A DNA stretch of 64,000 nucleotides from NCBI GenBank assembly GCA_964437495.1, contig CAYTGV010000007.1:17563-81562 (forward strand), in the 5' to 3' direction. Positions 19,287 through 29,393 of this stretch are shown piece by piece; the first letter of the stretch is position 1, and the number at the start of each line of letters is the position of its first letter. The notes under the pieces were generated by a model. It was given only the letters and a program-made list of their open reading frames with translations, ran no database searches and had not been told where the DNA came from. A program made the translations under genes and the position numbers. The stretch comes from an uncultured Planctomycetia bacterium. GTDB taxonomy: Bacteria; Omnitrophota; Gorgyraeia; B26-G9.

Positions 19287-19679
19287 TTATACTCTTCTTC
19301 TCTTGGGAGGACGGCATCCATTATGCGGTACCGGAGTAACGTCCTTAATCAAAGTTATCTGAAGCCCTGCGGCCTGCAAAGCTCTTATTGCCGACTCTCT
19401 ACCTGAGCCAGGACCCTTGACAAATACCACTATTTCCTTCATCCCCGCTTCTTTGGACCTTTTCGCTGCATTTGAGGCAGCTACTTGAGCTGCAAATGGA
19501 GTAGATTTACGCGAACCTTTAAACCCGCTTGTACCTGCGCTTGACCAGGAAATCACATCGCCATTATTATCCGTGATAGTAATAATAGTGTTATTAAATG
19601 TTGCCTGGATATGAGCAATTCCCTCGCTTACATGCCGGGTTATTTTTTTGCGTGCTTTAGGTTTTTTCTGTTTCGCCAC
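19287..19679 (-). CDS. rpsK: Ribosomal protein S11.
   Basis: S11 core ...[10 protein letters not shown]...[14 protein letters not shown]. The start is moved to the GTG at 19679 (GAAGGAG plus 6 nt). The track start 19706 has no SD sequence. Confidence 0.9.
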   Translation of the reverse strand: MAKQKKPKARKKITRHVSEGIAHIQATFNNTIITITDNNGDVISWSSAGTSGFKGSRKSTPFAAQVAASNAAKRSKEAGMKEIVVFVKGPGSGRESAIRALQAAGLQITLIKDVTPVPHNGCRPPKRRRV

Positions 19680-19765
19680 TTTTATCTCCTTCAATGATCC
19701 CGCCACACTTAGGCGAGAGACTTGATCCCGAGTATTCCCAAGGGATCTGTTTCAATATTTATATT

Positions 19766-20134
19766 TTATTTCTTTTTTCCCGAAGTGCGCCTAACCGGCC
19801 CCTTGCGAGTTCTTGAGTTAGTTTTAGTACGCTGCCCACGAACCGGTAAACCTCTTTTATGCCGTATACCGCGATAAGCCCCGATTTCCATAAGCCGCTT
19901 AATGTTTTGAGAAACCTCTCGACGCAAATCCCCTTCAACCCGGTAATCCTTTTGAATTACAGCAGTGATTCTTGAGACCTCATCTTCTGTTAAATTCTTT
20001 GCTCTAGTATCCGGATCAATACCCGCAACGCTCAATATTCTATTAGAAATAACTCTTCCTATACCATGAATATAGGTCAAAGAGATCTCAATTCTTTTTT
20101 CTTTCGGTAAATCTATTCCAAAAATTCTCGGCAC
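19766..20134 (-). CDS. rpsM: Ribosomal protein S13.
   Basis: [26 protein letters not shown]... Confidence 0.95.
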   Translation of the reverse strand: MPRIFGIDLPKEKRIEISLTYIHGIGRVISNRILSVAGIDPDTRAKNLTEDEVSRITAVIQKDYRVEGDLRREVSQNIKRLMEIGAYRGIRHKRGLPVRGQRTKTNSRTRKGPVRRTSGKKK

Positions 20135-20143
20135 AATATCCTC

Positions 20144-20257
20144 CTATCCCTGCTTCTGTTTATGTTTGGGATTTTTACAAATCACTCTTACTACATTTTT
20201 TCTCTTTATTATTCTACAATTCTCGCACATAATGCGAACGCTTGAACGAACTTTCAT
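20144..20257 (-). CDS. rpmJ: Ribosomal protein L36 (37 aa), absent from the ORF track.
   Basis: Hand translation gives [37 protein letters not shown], a canonical L36 zinc ribbon, between infA and rpsM. Confidence 0.9.
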   Translation of the reverse strand: MKVRSSVRIMCENCRIIKRKNVVRVICKNPKHKQKQG

Positions 20258-20258
20258 T

Positions 20259-20477
20259 TTATTTACCTCTATAGATGATTCTTCCTCTCGTCAAATCATA
20301 AGGCGAGAGTTCTACGGTTACTGAGTCACCCGGTAAAATGCGGATAAAGTGCATCCGCATCTTTCCGGAAACATGCGCAAGTACCCTGTGTCCATTTTCA
20401 AGCTCAACCCGAAACATTGCATTCGGCAATGTTTCAAGAATCCTGCCTTCGACCTGTATACCTGCTTCCTTTGCCAT
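20259..20477 (-). CDS. infA: Translation initiation factor IF-1.
   Basis: S1-like fold sequence ...[23 protein letters not shown]... Confidence 0.95.
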   Translation of the reverse strand: MAKEAGIQVEGRILETLPNAMFRVELENGHRVLAHVSGKMRMHFIRILPGDSVTVELSPYDLTRGRIIYRGK

Positions 20478-20488
20478 GATACCCTTTT

Positions 20489-21238
20489 TTATTTAATTTT
20501 TGAAAAAATTTCTGCCACTGCATTTGTAACACAAATAGTATGTTCAAAATGCGCCGACAATTTCTTATCCATTGTTACTGCTGTCCAATCATCTTCAAGA
20601 ATAACCACTTTTGCCGTCCCAACATTAACCATCGGCTCAATCGCCAATACCATTCCTGCCTCAAGCTTAATACCCTGCCCCGGCTTTCCAAAATTCGGAA
20701 TCTGCGGCTCTTCATGCAAACTTGAACCTATCCCGTGCCCAACAAAATCCCTGACTACAGAAAACCCTTCCTTTTCCACATGCGACTGCACAGCATGGGA
20801 AATATCACTCAGGTGATTTCCCGCCCTTGCCATATTGATCCCTTTCAAAAGAGATTCACGGGTCACATCAAGCAGTTTTCTTGCTTCTTGGCTAATACTG
20901 CCCACTGGATAGGTGACTGCAGAATCACCAAAATAACCGGCAAGTTCACATCCGACATCAACACTGATTATATCTCCGTCTAACAGCATTCTTCCACCTG
21001 GTATACCATGTACCACTTCTTCATTAACAGAGGCACAAATAGTTCCCGGATAGCCGTGATATCCTTTAAAAGCCGGAATTCCTCCGTTTTTTCGGATAAA
21101 ATTCTCCGCCTGAGCATCTAGTTCTATAGTTGTTATCCCAGGTTTTATTTTAGCTTTTAAAAATTTTAATGTCTTTGCTACTATTATGTTCGCTTTTTTT
21201 AACTTCGCAAGTTCACTTTTTGTTTTTTTTAAACTCAT
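20489..21238 (-). CDS. map: Methionine aminopeptidase type I.
   Basis: Metal-ligand pattern (D..D..H..E..E) of MetAP. Confidence 0.95.
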   Translation of the reverse strand: MSLKKTKSELAKLKKANIIVAKTLKFLKAKIKPGITTIELDAQAENFIRKNGGIPAFKGYHGYPGTICASVNEEVVHGIPGGRMLLDGDIISVDVGCELAGYFGDSAVTYPVGSISQEARKLLDVTRESLLKGINMARAGNHLSDISHAVQSHVEKEGFSVVRDFVGHGIGSSLHEEPQIPNFGKPGQGIKLEAGMVLAIEPMVNVGTAKVVILEDDWTAVTMDKKLSAHFEHTICVTNAVAEIFSKIK

Positions 21239-21894
21239 TTTAAGCCAGCTTTCTTAAAGATATCTTTAAAAACACTATACAGCTCACCTACATCTAGATC
21301 TCCAGAAACTTCCTTGAGCATTTTCTTCTGATTATAATAATCTATAAGCTCGCTGGTCTGTTCATTGTAAACTTTTATTCTGTTTTTTATTGTTGCTTTT
21401 TTATCATCATCGCGCTGATAAAGCTCGCCACCGCATACATCACATATACCCTCTGTTTTAGGCGGAATATTAGTAATATGAAAGATTTGACCGCAACTAC
21501 GGCAAATTCTTCTGCCAGTAAGGCGCTTTAAAATCGTCGCTTCACTTGTTTTAAAATAAATCACTAAATCAAGAGGCATCTTTAAATCGGTCAAGGCCTG
21601 CTCCAGGATCTGGGCCTGATTCTTTGTCCGGGGAAATCCATCCAGCATAAAACCGGATGCTTTTGCATCTGCCCCTTTAAGTTTTTCTGTAATCATCCTG
21701 GCAACGATCTCATCTGAGACAAGCTCTCCTCTGTCCATGAACACCTTTGCCTGCACTCCCACATCTGTATTATTCTTTACTGCCTCACGCAACAAATCTC
21801 CTGTTGACATATGCATCAGGCTATAATTTTTAGAAAGAACTCCAGCTTGTGTCCCTTTACCTGCTCCAGGGGGTCCTAACAAAACTAATCTCAT
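21235..21894 (-). CDS. adk: Adenylate kinase with a zinc lid (CxxC...CxxC).
   Basis: P-loop GPPGAGKGTQ and lid CRSCGQ...CDVCGG. Confidence 0.95.
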   Translation of the reverse strand: MRLVLLGPPGAGKGTQAGVLSKNYSLMHMSTGDLLREAVKNNTDVGVQAKVFMDRGELVSDEIVARMITEKLKGADAKASGFMLDGFPRTKNQAQILEQALTDLKMPLDLVIYFKTSEATILKRLTGRRICRSCGQIFHITNIPPKTEGICDVCGGELYQRDDDKKATIKNRIKVYNEQTSELIDYYNQKKMLKEVSGDLDVGELYSVFKDIFKKAGLK

Positions 21895-21909
21895 ATTTTA
21901 TAATCCTCT

Positions 21910-23262
21910 TTATCTGCGTCCGCGCAAATGACCTTTTTTCATAAAACCTTCATAATGGCGCATAAGCAGATGCGATTCTATCTGGCGCATTGTATCCAGC
22001 ATAACACCCACAATAATCAATAATCCTGTTCCGCCAAAGAAACTGGCCACAATATAAGGAACCTTCAGCCAGGACATAATTAAATCCGGAAAAACAGCAA
22101 TCGCTGCTAAGGCCATGGCTCCCGGTAAAGTTATATGGGTTAAAACATAATCCAAATATTCAGCCGTTGGCTTACCGGCTCTAATGCCTGGGATAAATCC
22201 ACCATATTTTTTCATATTTTGAGCAACATCTTGAGTATTAAAAGTAACTGCCGTATAAAAATAAGCAAAAAAGATTATCAATAAACTATAAACAATCGTA
22301 TACAAAATCTGACCACGCATTAAACTCTGCGCAAAGCCTTGCAATTGAGGCACAAACTGCCCTATTGTTGCCGGAAATAATATAATCGACTGCGCAAAAA
22401 TTATCGGAATAACCCCAGCCTGGTTTACACGCAAAGGTATATAAGTACTATGGCCGCCATAAACTTTTCTGCCGACTATCCTTTTTGCATATTCAACAGG
22501 GATTCTGCGCTGCCCTTCAGTCATTAAGACGACAAAAATTACTACCAATACAAGTAATACAAGCATTATAACCGGGGTATAAGGTTCAAGCTGCCTCTTG
22601 TCCGGGCTAAACGGCGATATCAGCTGCACAACAAAACGCAATGCTGAAGGCAACCGGGATATAATGCCTACGGTTATTATAATCGACATACCATTTCCTA
22701 TGCCACGCTCTGTGATTTGCTCCCCCAGCCACATAATAAAAGCCGTTCCAGAGGTAAGAGTAATAATTGTCAGTAGCCGAAAACCTAATCCACCATGCTC
22801 AACTATCGGCAGTCCCATAAAATGTGACGGATCTTCTAAATATACACTTATAATAAAGGATTGAAATACGGCTAAGAATATTGTACCGTAACGCGTATAT
22901 TGTGTTATTTTTTTTCTGCCGTAATCCCCACCCTCTTTAGCTAGTTTTTCAAAATGCGGAATAACAACAGTCAAAAGCTGCATAATAATAGAACTTGAAA
23001 TATACGGCATAATACCCAAAGCAAACACTGTCATCTGCGACAATGCTCTACCGGTAAACAAATCCATCATGTCAAAAAGCGTTCCGCCCTGTTTACTGGA
23101 TACATTGGCGAAAAATTGAGCCAGAGCATCTCCGTTTATACCAGGTATTGGAATAAAACATCCTAGACGATAAATCGCAATCAAGCCCAATGTAAACAAA
23201 ATTCTTTGTCTCAAGTCTGGGATTTTAAAGGCATTTATCAGCGCCTTAATGGTTCTAAGCAT
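21910..23262 (-). CDS. secY: Preprotein translocase SecY.
   Basis: 10-TM SecY with conserved loops. It sits in the spc operon position. Confidence 0.95.
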   Translation of the reverse strand: MLRTIKALINAFKIPDLRQRILFTLGLIAIYRLGCFIPIPGINGDALAQFFANVSSKQGGTLFDMMDLFTGRALSQMTVFALGIMPYISSSIIMQLLTVVIPHFEKLAKEGGDYGRKKITQYTRYGTIFLAVFQSFIISVYLEDPSHFMGLPIVEHGGLGFRLLTIITLTSGTAFIMWLGEQITERGIGNGMSIIITVGIISRLPSALRFVVQLISPFSPDKRQLEPYTPVIMLVLLVLVVIFVVLMTEGQRRIPVEYAKRIVGRKVYGGHSTYIPLRVNQAGVIPIIFAQSIILFPATIGQFVPQLQGFAQSLMRGQILYTIVYSLLIIFFAYFYTAVTFNTQDVAQNMKKYGGFIPGIRAGKPTAEYLDYVLTHITLPGAMALAAIAVFPDLIMSWLKVPYIVASFFGGTGLLIIVGVMLDTMRQIESHLLMRHYEGFMKKGHLRGRR

Positions 23263-23734
23263 TGCTATCCTGTTTCGTTACCAAAGTCAAGATTTCCACC
23301 TTGCCGTCTAGGGCCTCTATGGCCTTAACAGCCGTCTTAGAAAACTTGTGCGCCTTAACTGTTAGAGACTTTTCCAGTTTTCCCTGAGCCAAAATTTTAA
23401 CAGCCACATGTAATTTATGAATAAGGCCTAATTCCTTTAAAATCTTTGGGGTAACCGTTGTCTTGTCTTTACATTTATTCAAAGAATCCAGATTTACAAG
23501 CTGGTATTCGGTTTTAAATTTACTGATAAATCCTCTTTTAGGTATTCTTCTGATCAAAGGCATCTGTCCGCCTTCAAAACCAGGACGCTTTCCTTTTCCT
23601 GTTCTTGATAACTGCCCCTTATGACCGCGTCCGGAAGTTTTTCCATGCCCGGAGCCAGAACCACGCCCAACAATCTTTTTACTTTTTTTAGCTCCTTTGG
23701 GAGATTTCAAATCATTCAGCTTTAACATCTTCAC
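23255..23734 (-). CDS. rplO: Ribosomal protein L15.
   Basis: ...[29 protein letters not shown]... The true start may be MLKLNDL (23728). Confidence 0.9.
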   Translation of the reverse strand: MKMLKLNDLKSPKGAKKSKKIVGRGSGSGHGKTSGRGHKGQLSRTGKGKRPGFEGGQMPLIRRIPKRGFISKFKTEYQLVNLDSLNKCKDKTTVTPKILKELGLIHKLHVAVKILAQGKLEKSLTVKAHKFSKTAVKAIEALDGKVEILTLVTKQDSNA

Positions 23735-24281
23735 TCTTTTCCTCTTTTACGTCGCTTGTTTCCGCTACTTTTTCCTTTGCTTTATCACCTTGCAGCCCTT
23801 GTTCTAGCTCCAGCTTTAAATCAACATGTTCCTTTAAATCGATAAGTCCCTGCATGGTCGCCTTTGCGATATTTATAACATTTGAAGACCGCAATGATTT
23901 AGTCAAAATATCCTTAATTCCAGCAAGTTCACAAATCGCCCTTACAGAGCTTCCAGCAATAACCCCAGTACCTTCAGATGCAGGTTTAAGCATTACACGT
24001 GCTGCTGAAAATTTTCCCAAAATTTCATGCGGAATCGTTGTACCCTTAAGCGGTACATCAATAAGGTTTTTACGTGCTGTGGTTACGCCCTTACGAATAG
24101 CTTCTGCCACTTCATTTGCCCGGCCCAGGCCGCAACCTACTCGGCTTTTTCCGTCACCAGCAATTACCAAAGCAGTAAAAGCCATTTTCTTTCCGCCTTT
24201 ATGCGCCTTGGAAACACGATTTATTGCGATAACCTTTTCTACTATTTCTACAGAATCGTTAAAATTTGATCGTCCGTTCAA
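23712..24281 (-). CDS. rpsE: Ribosomal protein S5 with an acidic C-terminal tail.
   Basis: S5 dsRBD and C-terminal domains, then ...[25 protein letters not shown]. No rpmD (L30) lies between rpsE and rplO. Confidence 0.9.
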   Translation of the reverse strand: MNGRSNFNDSVEIVEKVIAINRVSKAHKGGKKMAFTALVIAGDGKSRVGCGLGRANEVAEAIRKGVTTARKNLIDVPLKGTTIPHEILGKFSAARVMLKPASEGTGVIAGSSVRAICELAGIKDILTKSLRSSNVINIAKATMQGLIDLKEHVDLKLELEQGLQGDKAKEKVAETSDVKEEKSEDVKAE

Positions 24282-24302
24282 TTTCTCACCTTAATCCTTA
24301 TT

Positions 24303-24650
24303 TTAAAACTTTAATCCGCCTTTTCGAGCTGCTTCCGCAACAGCCTTAATTCTGCCATGATAAAGATATCCACCGCGATCAAAAACTACGCTTTCTATAC
24401 CCTTATCTTTTGCATTTTTAGCGATTTGCTCACCTAGCAATGCAGCAGCGCTTATATTGTTCCCCTTAATCTTATCCTTTAAATCCTTCTGCTGCGTCGA
24501 ACAAGTCATAATAGTCGTATTCGTATCATCATCAATAATCTGCGCATAAATATTTTTCAAGCTTCTGTAAACACTTAAGCGCGGCCTGTCTTTTGTCCCT
24601 GCTATTTTTTTTCTAATTCTTCTATGTCTTTTAACTCTTGCTAGCTTCAT
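24303..24650 (-). CDS. rplR: Ribosomal protein L18.
   Basis: ...[19 protein letters not shown]... Confidence 0.95.
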   Translation of the reverse strand: MKLARVKRHRRIRKKIAGTKDRPRLSVYRSLKNIYAQIIDDDTNTTIMTCSTQQKDLKDKIKGNNISAAALLGEQIAKNAKDKGIESVVFDRGGYLYHGRIKAVAEAARKGGLKF

Positions 24651-24705
24651 TATATTTACACCTTTAGATTGTTTTACTTTTAATTTTTTACTTTTAACTT
24701 TTTAC

Positions 24706-25254
24706 TTACTTAGCCATTGCTTTTCCAGCTTTTCTTCTCACCTGTTCTCCTGCATAGCGAATACCCTTGCCTTTATACGGCTCCGGAGGTAGAAATGCCC
24801 TAATATTTGCGGCAGCCTGTCCAACTTTTTGTTTATCAATACCTTTAATGACAATCTGTGTCGGCTTCGGAGTTTCCAGCGTTACCCCCTCCGGCACGAT
24901 ATATTCAACCGGATGAGAAAAACCAAGCTGCATCACTAATTTCTTTCCGGAAAGCTGTGAACGGTAACCAACCCCGATCATTTCAAGCTCTTTAGTAAAT
25001 CCATCACTGACACCCTTGATCATATTTGCGATCATTGCTCTGGTCAATCCATGCAAAGCACGCTCATGCTTTGTATTGCCGACCCTGGAAACTTTTATTT
25101 TACTATCCGCCACCTCTACTTTAATACGCGCATATAATGGAAATTGCAGTTTCCCCTTAGGGCCTTCTATTCCCACGCTATCTTTCGTCAAATTTACCTT
25201 GACACTAGGAGGAACTAATACTGGTCTTATACCTATTCTTGACATTTTATACAC
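24706..25254 (-). CDS. rplF: Ribosomal protein L6.
   Basis: Two-domain L6 (MSRIGIRPVLVPPSVKV...). Confidence 0.95.
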   Translation of the reverse strand: MYKMSRIGIRPVLVPPSVKVNLTKDSVGIEGPKGKLQFPLYARIKVEVADSKIKVSRVGNTKHERALHGLTRAMIANMIKGVSDGFTKELEMIGVGYRSQLSGKKLVMQLGFSHPVEYIVPEGVTLETPKPTQIVIKGIDKQKVGQAAANIRAFLPPEPYKGKGIRYAGEQVRRKAGKAMAK

Positions 25255-25310
25255 CTGCTCACTAATTTTAAAAACTCTTAAGTTAACAATTCAAACTAAT
25301 TAATATAAAA

Positions 25311-25709
25311 TCACCAAACATAACAAATTATCTCGCCACCTATCTTCTTCTGTCGAGCTTCATTATCATCTAATATCCCTTTAGAGGTGGAAAGCACTGC
25401 AAATCCGGTACCGCCTAATACATGCGGAATATTCTCTTTATCAACATAAACACGGCGTCCTGGTTTTGAGATGCGCTTTATGCCAGTTATAACGCCTTTT
25501 TTGTTCTTAGCATATCTTAAATATGTACGGATAATGCCCTGCCTGCCATCTTCGATACGGCGATACTCTAACAGATATCCATGCTTCTTGATTATCTCTA
25601 AGATCTCTACCTTTATCTTTGATGCCGGAAAATCAGCTTTTTCTTTTTTCGCGCCCTGAGCGTTACGAATCACCGTCAACATATCAGCAATAGGGTCAGT
25701 AATACTCAT
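25311..25709 (-). CDS. rpsH: Ribosomal protein S8.
   Basis: MSITDPIADMLTVIRNA... Confidence 0.95.
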   Translation of the reverse strand: MSITDPIADMLTVIRNAQGAKKEKADFPASKIKVEILEIIKKHGYLLEYRRIEDGRQGIIRTYLRYAKNKKGVITGIKRISKPGRRVYVDKENIPHVLGGTGFAVLSTSKGILDDNEARQKKIGGEIICYVW

Positions 25710-25755
25710 AAATTTCTCCTGTAAATTATATTCTTATTTTATTTTTCAATTTTAC

Positions 25756-25828
25756 CCGCCGAGACCTTACACTGAAGTTGCCCGCGGCGAGTCCTCGCCA
25801 TTGCCCCTTTCTTGGGGCCTTTTGGCGG
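25756..25828 (-). promoter_or_regulatory. GC-rich multi-stem element filling the rpsN-rpsH spacer. An outer CCCGCC/GGCGGG stem encloses GGCCCC-aagaaa-GGGGC and GGCGA-ggac-UCGCC hairpins. No U-tract.
   Basis: It starts immediately 3' of the rpsN stop (25830) and lies about 45 nt upstream of the rpsH start. Confidence 0.35.
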
Positions 25829-25829
25829 G

Positions 25830-26015
25830 CTACCAGCTTGCTTTATTTACACCCGGGATTAAGCCCTGTGAGGCCATTTCCCTGAAGCAGATTCTGCAAA
25901 GCTCAAAACGTCTCATGAAACCACGCGAGCGACCACATATTTTACAGCGTACATATTTGCGCGTTCTAAATTTTTGCGGTCTGCTAGCCCTAACGATCTG
26001 ACTCATTTTTGCCAT
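25830..26015 (-). CDS. rpsN: Ribosomal protein S14, zinc-binding type Z (61 aa).
   Basis: [22 protein letters not shown]4 zinc ribbon. Confidence 0.9.
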   Translation of the reverse strand: MAKMSQIVRASRPQKFRTRKYVRCKICGRSRGFMRRFELCRICFREMASQGLIPGVNKASW

Positions 26016-26021
26016 AATGCA

Positions 26022-26585
26022 TTAACTCCGAAAAGGCATGCCTAAAAGACGAAGCATCTCTTTTGACTGTTCTTTGTTTTTTGATTTAATCACAATAACT
26101 ATATCCATCCCCTGGACATGTTTAACTTTATCAATGTCTATTTCCGGAAAAATCGCCTGCTCAGTAATTCCTAATGTATAATTACCCTGCTTATCAAACG
26201 CGCTTGGCGATACGCCGCGAAAATCCCTAATACGAGGTAAACTGACATTTACCAGGCGATCAAGAAAATCATACATTTTAGTTTTACGCAGAGTAACCTT
26301 ACATCCAACCGGAACACCTTTTCTAAGCTTAAAATTAGCAACCGCTTTTTTTGCACGGGTAATCACCGGCTTTTGTCCGGTTATCGTTGCCAAATCCGCC
26401 ATTGCCGACTCAAGAATCTTTATGTCTTCCTGCGCCTTACCCACACCCATATTAATCACTATCTTATCTATGCGCGGTGCTTCCATTTTTCCCTTGAACT
26501 TAAACTGCTCAACCAATTTAGGGATTACATCATTTTCATATTTTTCTTTTATTCTTGTTGACATGTTTACACCATCTCTTGACAT
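26022..26585 (-). CDS. rplE: Ribosomal protein L5.
   Basis: ...[10 protein letters not shown]...[14 protein letters not shown]... Confidence 0.95.
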   Translation of the reverse strand: MSRDGVNMSTRIKEKYENDVIPKLVEQFKFKGKMEAPRIDKIVINMGVGKAQEDIKILESAMADLATITGQKPVITRAKKAVANFKLRKGVPVGCKVTLRKTKMYDFLDRLVNVSLPRIRDFRGVSPSAFDKQGNYTLGITEQAIFPEIDIDKVKHVQGMDIVIVIKSKNKEQSKEMLRLLGMPFRS

Positions 26586-26875
26586 TTTTTACAAATTCTA
26601 GTTTTAGATCCATCCTTTAAAAACTTTGCCCCTAAGCGCGAATGTTTTGAACACCTTGGACATTGGAACATAAGATTTGAAATATGCAGCGGACTCTCCT
26701 TTTGCAGAATTCCGCCCGGCTGATCCTGTCTTGTCTGACGAGCATGTTTTTTTACAAAATTTACCCCCTGAACAAGAACCCTATTAGTAGTTTTTGAAAA
26801 ACGTAGAACCTTGCCTGTCTTGCCTTTTTCTTTTCCGTTCATTACGTAAACTGTATCACCTTTTTTTATTCTCAT
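26567..26875 (-). CDS. rplX: Ribosomal protein L24 with a C-terminal C4 zinc-ribbon-like segment.
   Basis: KOW domain ([19 protein letters not shown]), then ...[29 protein letters not shown]. Confidence 0.9.
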   Translation of the reverse strand: MRIKKGDTVYVMNGKEKGKTGKVLRFSKTTNRVLVQGVNFVKKHARQTRQDQPGGILQKESPLHISNLMFQCPRCSKHSRLGAKFLKDGSKTRICKKCQEMV

Positions 26876-26901
26876 CTTAAATTCTTCTCTTTTTTTTGTT
26901 A

Positions 26902-27270
26902 TTAAATTACTTCCGGAGCCAGCGATACTATTTTGGTAAAATTCCTATCTCTGAGTTCCCTGGCCACCGGTCCGAAAATTCGGGTCCCACGCGGATTTTT
27001 TTGATTATCTATGATCACAACCGCATTATGATCAAACCGCAGATAACTGCCGTCTTTGCGCCTTATCGGCGTTTTAGTTCTAACGACAACTGCCCTGACA
27101 ACCTCGCCCTTTTTTACAGCAGATGTCGGTATAGACTCTCTTACGTTGCAGGTAATAATATCTCCAATAATCGCGCAATTCTTACCTGATTTTGCAATTA
27201 CCCCGATACATCTCACCTTTTTCGCGCCGCTGTTATCAGCAACATCTAAAACTGTTAACATTTGTATCAT
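26902..27270 (-). CDS. rplN: Ribosomal protein L14.
   Basis: [24 protein letters not shown]... Confidence 0.95.
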   Translation of the reverse strand: MIQMLTVLDVADNSGAKKVRCIGVIAKSGKNCAIIGDIITCNVRESIPTSAVKKGEVVRAVVVRTKTPIRRKDGSYLRFDHNAVVIIDNQKNPRGTRIFGPVARELRDRNFTKIVSLAPEVI

Positions 27271-27277
27271 TATTCAA

Positions 27278-27541
27278 CTACTCCTTATGCACTGCAACGA
27301 TCTCAAAAAGTCTCCAGCGCTTATCTTTTGATAGCGGCCGAGTCTCCGTGATCTTTACTTTATCACCCTGTTTAGACTCATTCTTTTCGTCATGAAACTT
27401 AACATTGACATATTTTTTAATTCTTTTCTTGTATATCGGATGCTGCATGAAGCGTTCAATTCGAGCAACGCGGGTCTTGTCCATTTTGTCACCCACAACA
27501 AGTCCTACTCTCTGCTTTTGCGCTCCCTTTATCTTGCTCAT
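27278..27541 (-). CDS. rpsQ: Ribosomal protein S17.
   Basis: ...GLVVGDKMDKTRVARIERFMQHPIYKK... Confidence 0.9.
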   Translation of the reverse strand: MSKIKGAQKQRVGLVVGDKMDKTRVARIERFMQHPIYKKRIKKYVNVKFHDEKNESKQGDKVKITETRPLSKDKRWRLFEIVAVHKE

Positions 27542-27564
27542 TAGTAATTTCCTCTCGCTTTTAA

Positions 27565-27774
27565 TTATTTGGTTTGTTCTTTAATCTGGAGCTGTTTTAA
27601 AAATGTTTTAATGCGCGCAATATCCCTGCGCACAAGCTTAATCTTATGCGGCTTATCCAGCTTAGATGTTTTTGACTGGAATTTCAAACGAAATAATTCT
27701 TCCTCAAGCTGCCTAAGCTTATCATCCAGCTCAGGTTTTGCATACTCTTTAAATTCTTTAGATTTCATTGCCAT
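27565..27774 (-). CDS. rpmC: Ribosomal protein L29.
   Basis: Coiled-coil L29 (MAMKSKEFKEYAKPELDDKLRQLEEELFRLKFQ). Confidence 0.9.
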   Translation of the reverse strand: MAMKSKEFKEYAKPELDDKLRQLEEELFRLKFQSKTSKLDKPHKIKLVRRDIARIKTFLKQLQIKEQTK

Positions 27775-27791
27775 GATCTCTCTCTTATGTT

Positions 27792-28208
27792 TTATATCTT
27801 TACTCTGCTTACAAATTTAGTTTTCATCGGCAGCTTTGAAGCTGCAAGACGCATTGCCGCTTTAGCTACATCAATCGGAATACCTTCTATTTCAAAAATT
27901 ATTCTTCCCGGCTTAACAACGGCAACCCAGTATTCCGGCATGCCTTTACCTTTTCCCATTCTTGTTTCTGCCGGCTTTTTTGTTACTGGCTTATCTGGGA
28001 AAATTCGAATCCAAATTTTACCACCTCTACGCACAGATCTTGTCAATGCCACACGCGAAGCTTCCAACTGTGTGTTCTTCACCCATGCCGCTTCTATGCA
28101 CTGCAATCCAAATTCACCGAAACTAACCTTTGAACCGCCATTAGAGTTGCCTTTCCTACGGCCACGATGTGTTTTGCGAAATTTTACTCTTTTGGGCATT
28201 AAAACCAT
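27792..28208 (-). CDS. rplP: Ribosomal protein L16.
   Basis: [20 protein letters not shown]... Confidence 0.95.
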   Translation of the reverse strand: MVLMPKRVKFRKTHRGRRKGNSNGGSKVSFGEFGLQCIEAAWVKNTQLEASRVALTRSVRRGGKIWIRIFPDKPVTKKPAETRMGKGKGMPEYWVAVVKPGRIIFEIEGIPIDVAKAAMRLAASKLPMKTKFVSRVKI

Positions 28209-28888
28209 TACTGCTTATCTCCTTCATCCACAGCATTATTTCCAGGCTGTGTCTTTTTATCTAAAATAACATCACCTGTATAAATCCAGCATTTCACGCC
28301 AATAACTCCATATGTTGTTAACGCTTCCGCAAAACCGTAATCAATATTCGCTCTTAAGGTATGCAGCGGGACTTTTCCCTCTTTATATTTCTCAGTACGG
28401 GCAATTTCAGCACCGCCTAATCTCCCTGAACACATTATTTTTATTCCGCCCGCCCCTGCACTACGAGACAATGAAATCGCCTTTTTCATTGCTCTTCTAA
28501 AAGCAACGCGCTTTTCCAGCTGAAAAGCTACGTTTTCAGCAACCAACTGCGCGTCAATATTCGGATTCTGAATTTCTTTTATATCAACGAAGATTTCCTT
28601 TTTCGTCATATTTTGCAGTTCATCACGCAGACGGTCAATATCTGCACCGCGCCTTCCGATAATAACTCCCGGCCTGCCGGAAAATACAATCACCCGCAAT
28701 CTTTTTGTCGCACGCTCTATCTCTACCTTAGATATATTAGCTTGAGAAAAATTCTTCTTTATGAATTTCCTGATCTTCAGATCTTCAAGAAGATTCTTCG
28801 GATACTCTTTTCTCTTGGCAAACCAACGAGATCTCCAATCTTTAATATATCCTAATCTAAAACTTAACGGGTGTACTTTTTGTCCCAC
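28208..28888 (-). CDS. rpsC: Ribosomal protein S3.
   Basis: [24 protein letters not shown]... with a KH domain. Confidence 0.95.
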   Translation of the reverse strand: MGQKVHPLSFRLGYIKDWRSRWFAKRKEYPKNLLEDLKIRKFIKKNFSQANISKVEIERATKRLRVIVFSGRPGVIIGRRGADIDRLRDELQNMTKKEIFVDIKEIQNPNIDAQLVAENVAFQLEKRVAFRRAMKKAISLSRSAGAGGIKIMCSGRLGGAEIARTEKYKEGKVPLHTLRANIDYGFAEALTTYGVIGVKCWIYTGDVILDKKTQPGNNAVDEGDKQ

Positions 28889-28912
28889 TTTTCCTCCTCG
28901 TATACAACGAAT

Positions 28913-29371
28913 TTACTTAATATCTTTTGCTTTTTTCGCAGTCTTTTTTACAACCGGCTTACTGTCTTTCTTTACTTTTACCAGTTTTTCTGTTTTAATT
29001 GTAGCTTTTTTTGCCAATGCCTTAACCTCTTTAAGCGCAACTGCCTTTTTATCAAGTTCAATAGTAATATGACTTGTGCGCTTTAATATCCTGGAACCAC
29101 GACCAAACGCATTAGCTCGAAACCGTTTCCAGGTAACTCCCTCATCAGCACAGATTTTAGAGATGAATAATCCGTCCTCTTCAACCCCTTTATTCCTGGC
29201 ATTAGCAATCGCAGAACGAAGCAATTTAGAAACCAGCTCCGCTGCTCTTTTGCGCGTATTGCCTAAAATAGATAAAGCTGTGTTCGCTGGCTTTCTTCTA
29301 ATTAAATCCAAAACCAATCTTACTTTTTGCGCTGAAATTCTGATATGTCGTGCTTTTGCTTTTGCTAGCAT
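28913..29371 (-). CDS. rplV: Ribosomal protein L22 with a Lys-rich C-terminal tail.
   Basis: The start is moved to [20 protein letters not shown] (29371) with AAGAGGAG 5 nt upstream. The track's longer N-terminus is created by a tandem 18-bp repeat. Confidence 0.9.
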   Translation of the reverse strand: MLAKAKARHIRISAQKVRLVLDLIRRKPANTALSILGNTRKRAAELVSKLLRSAIANARNKGVEEDGLFISKICADEGVTWKRFRANAFGRGSRILKRTSHITIELDKKAVALKEVKALAKKATIKTEKLVKVKKDSKPVVKKTAKKAKDIK

Positions 29372-29393
29372 TGCTTCTCCTCTTATAAATAAT

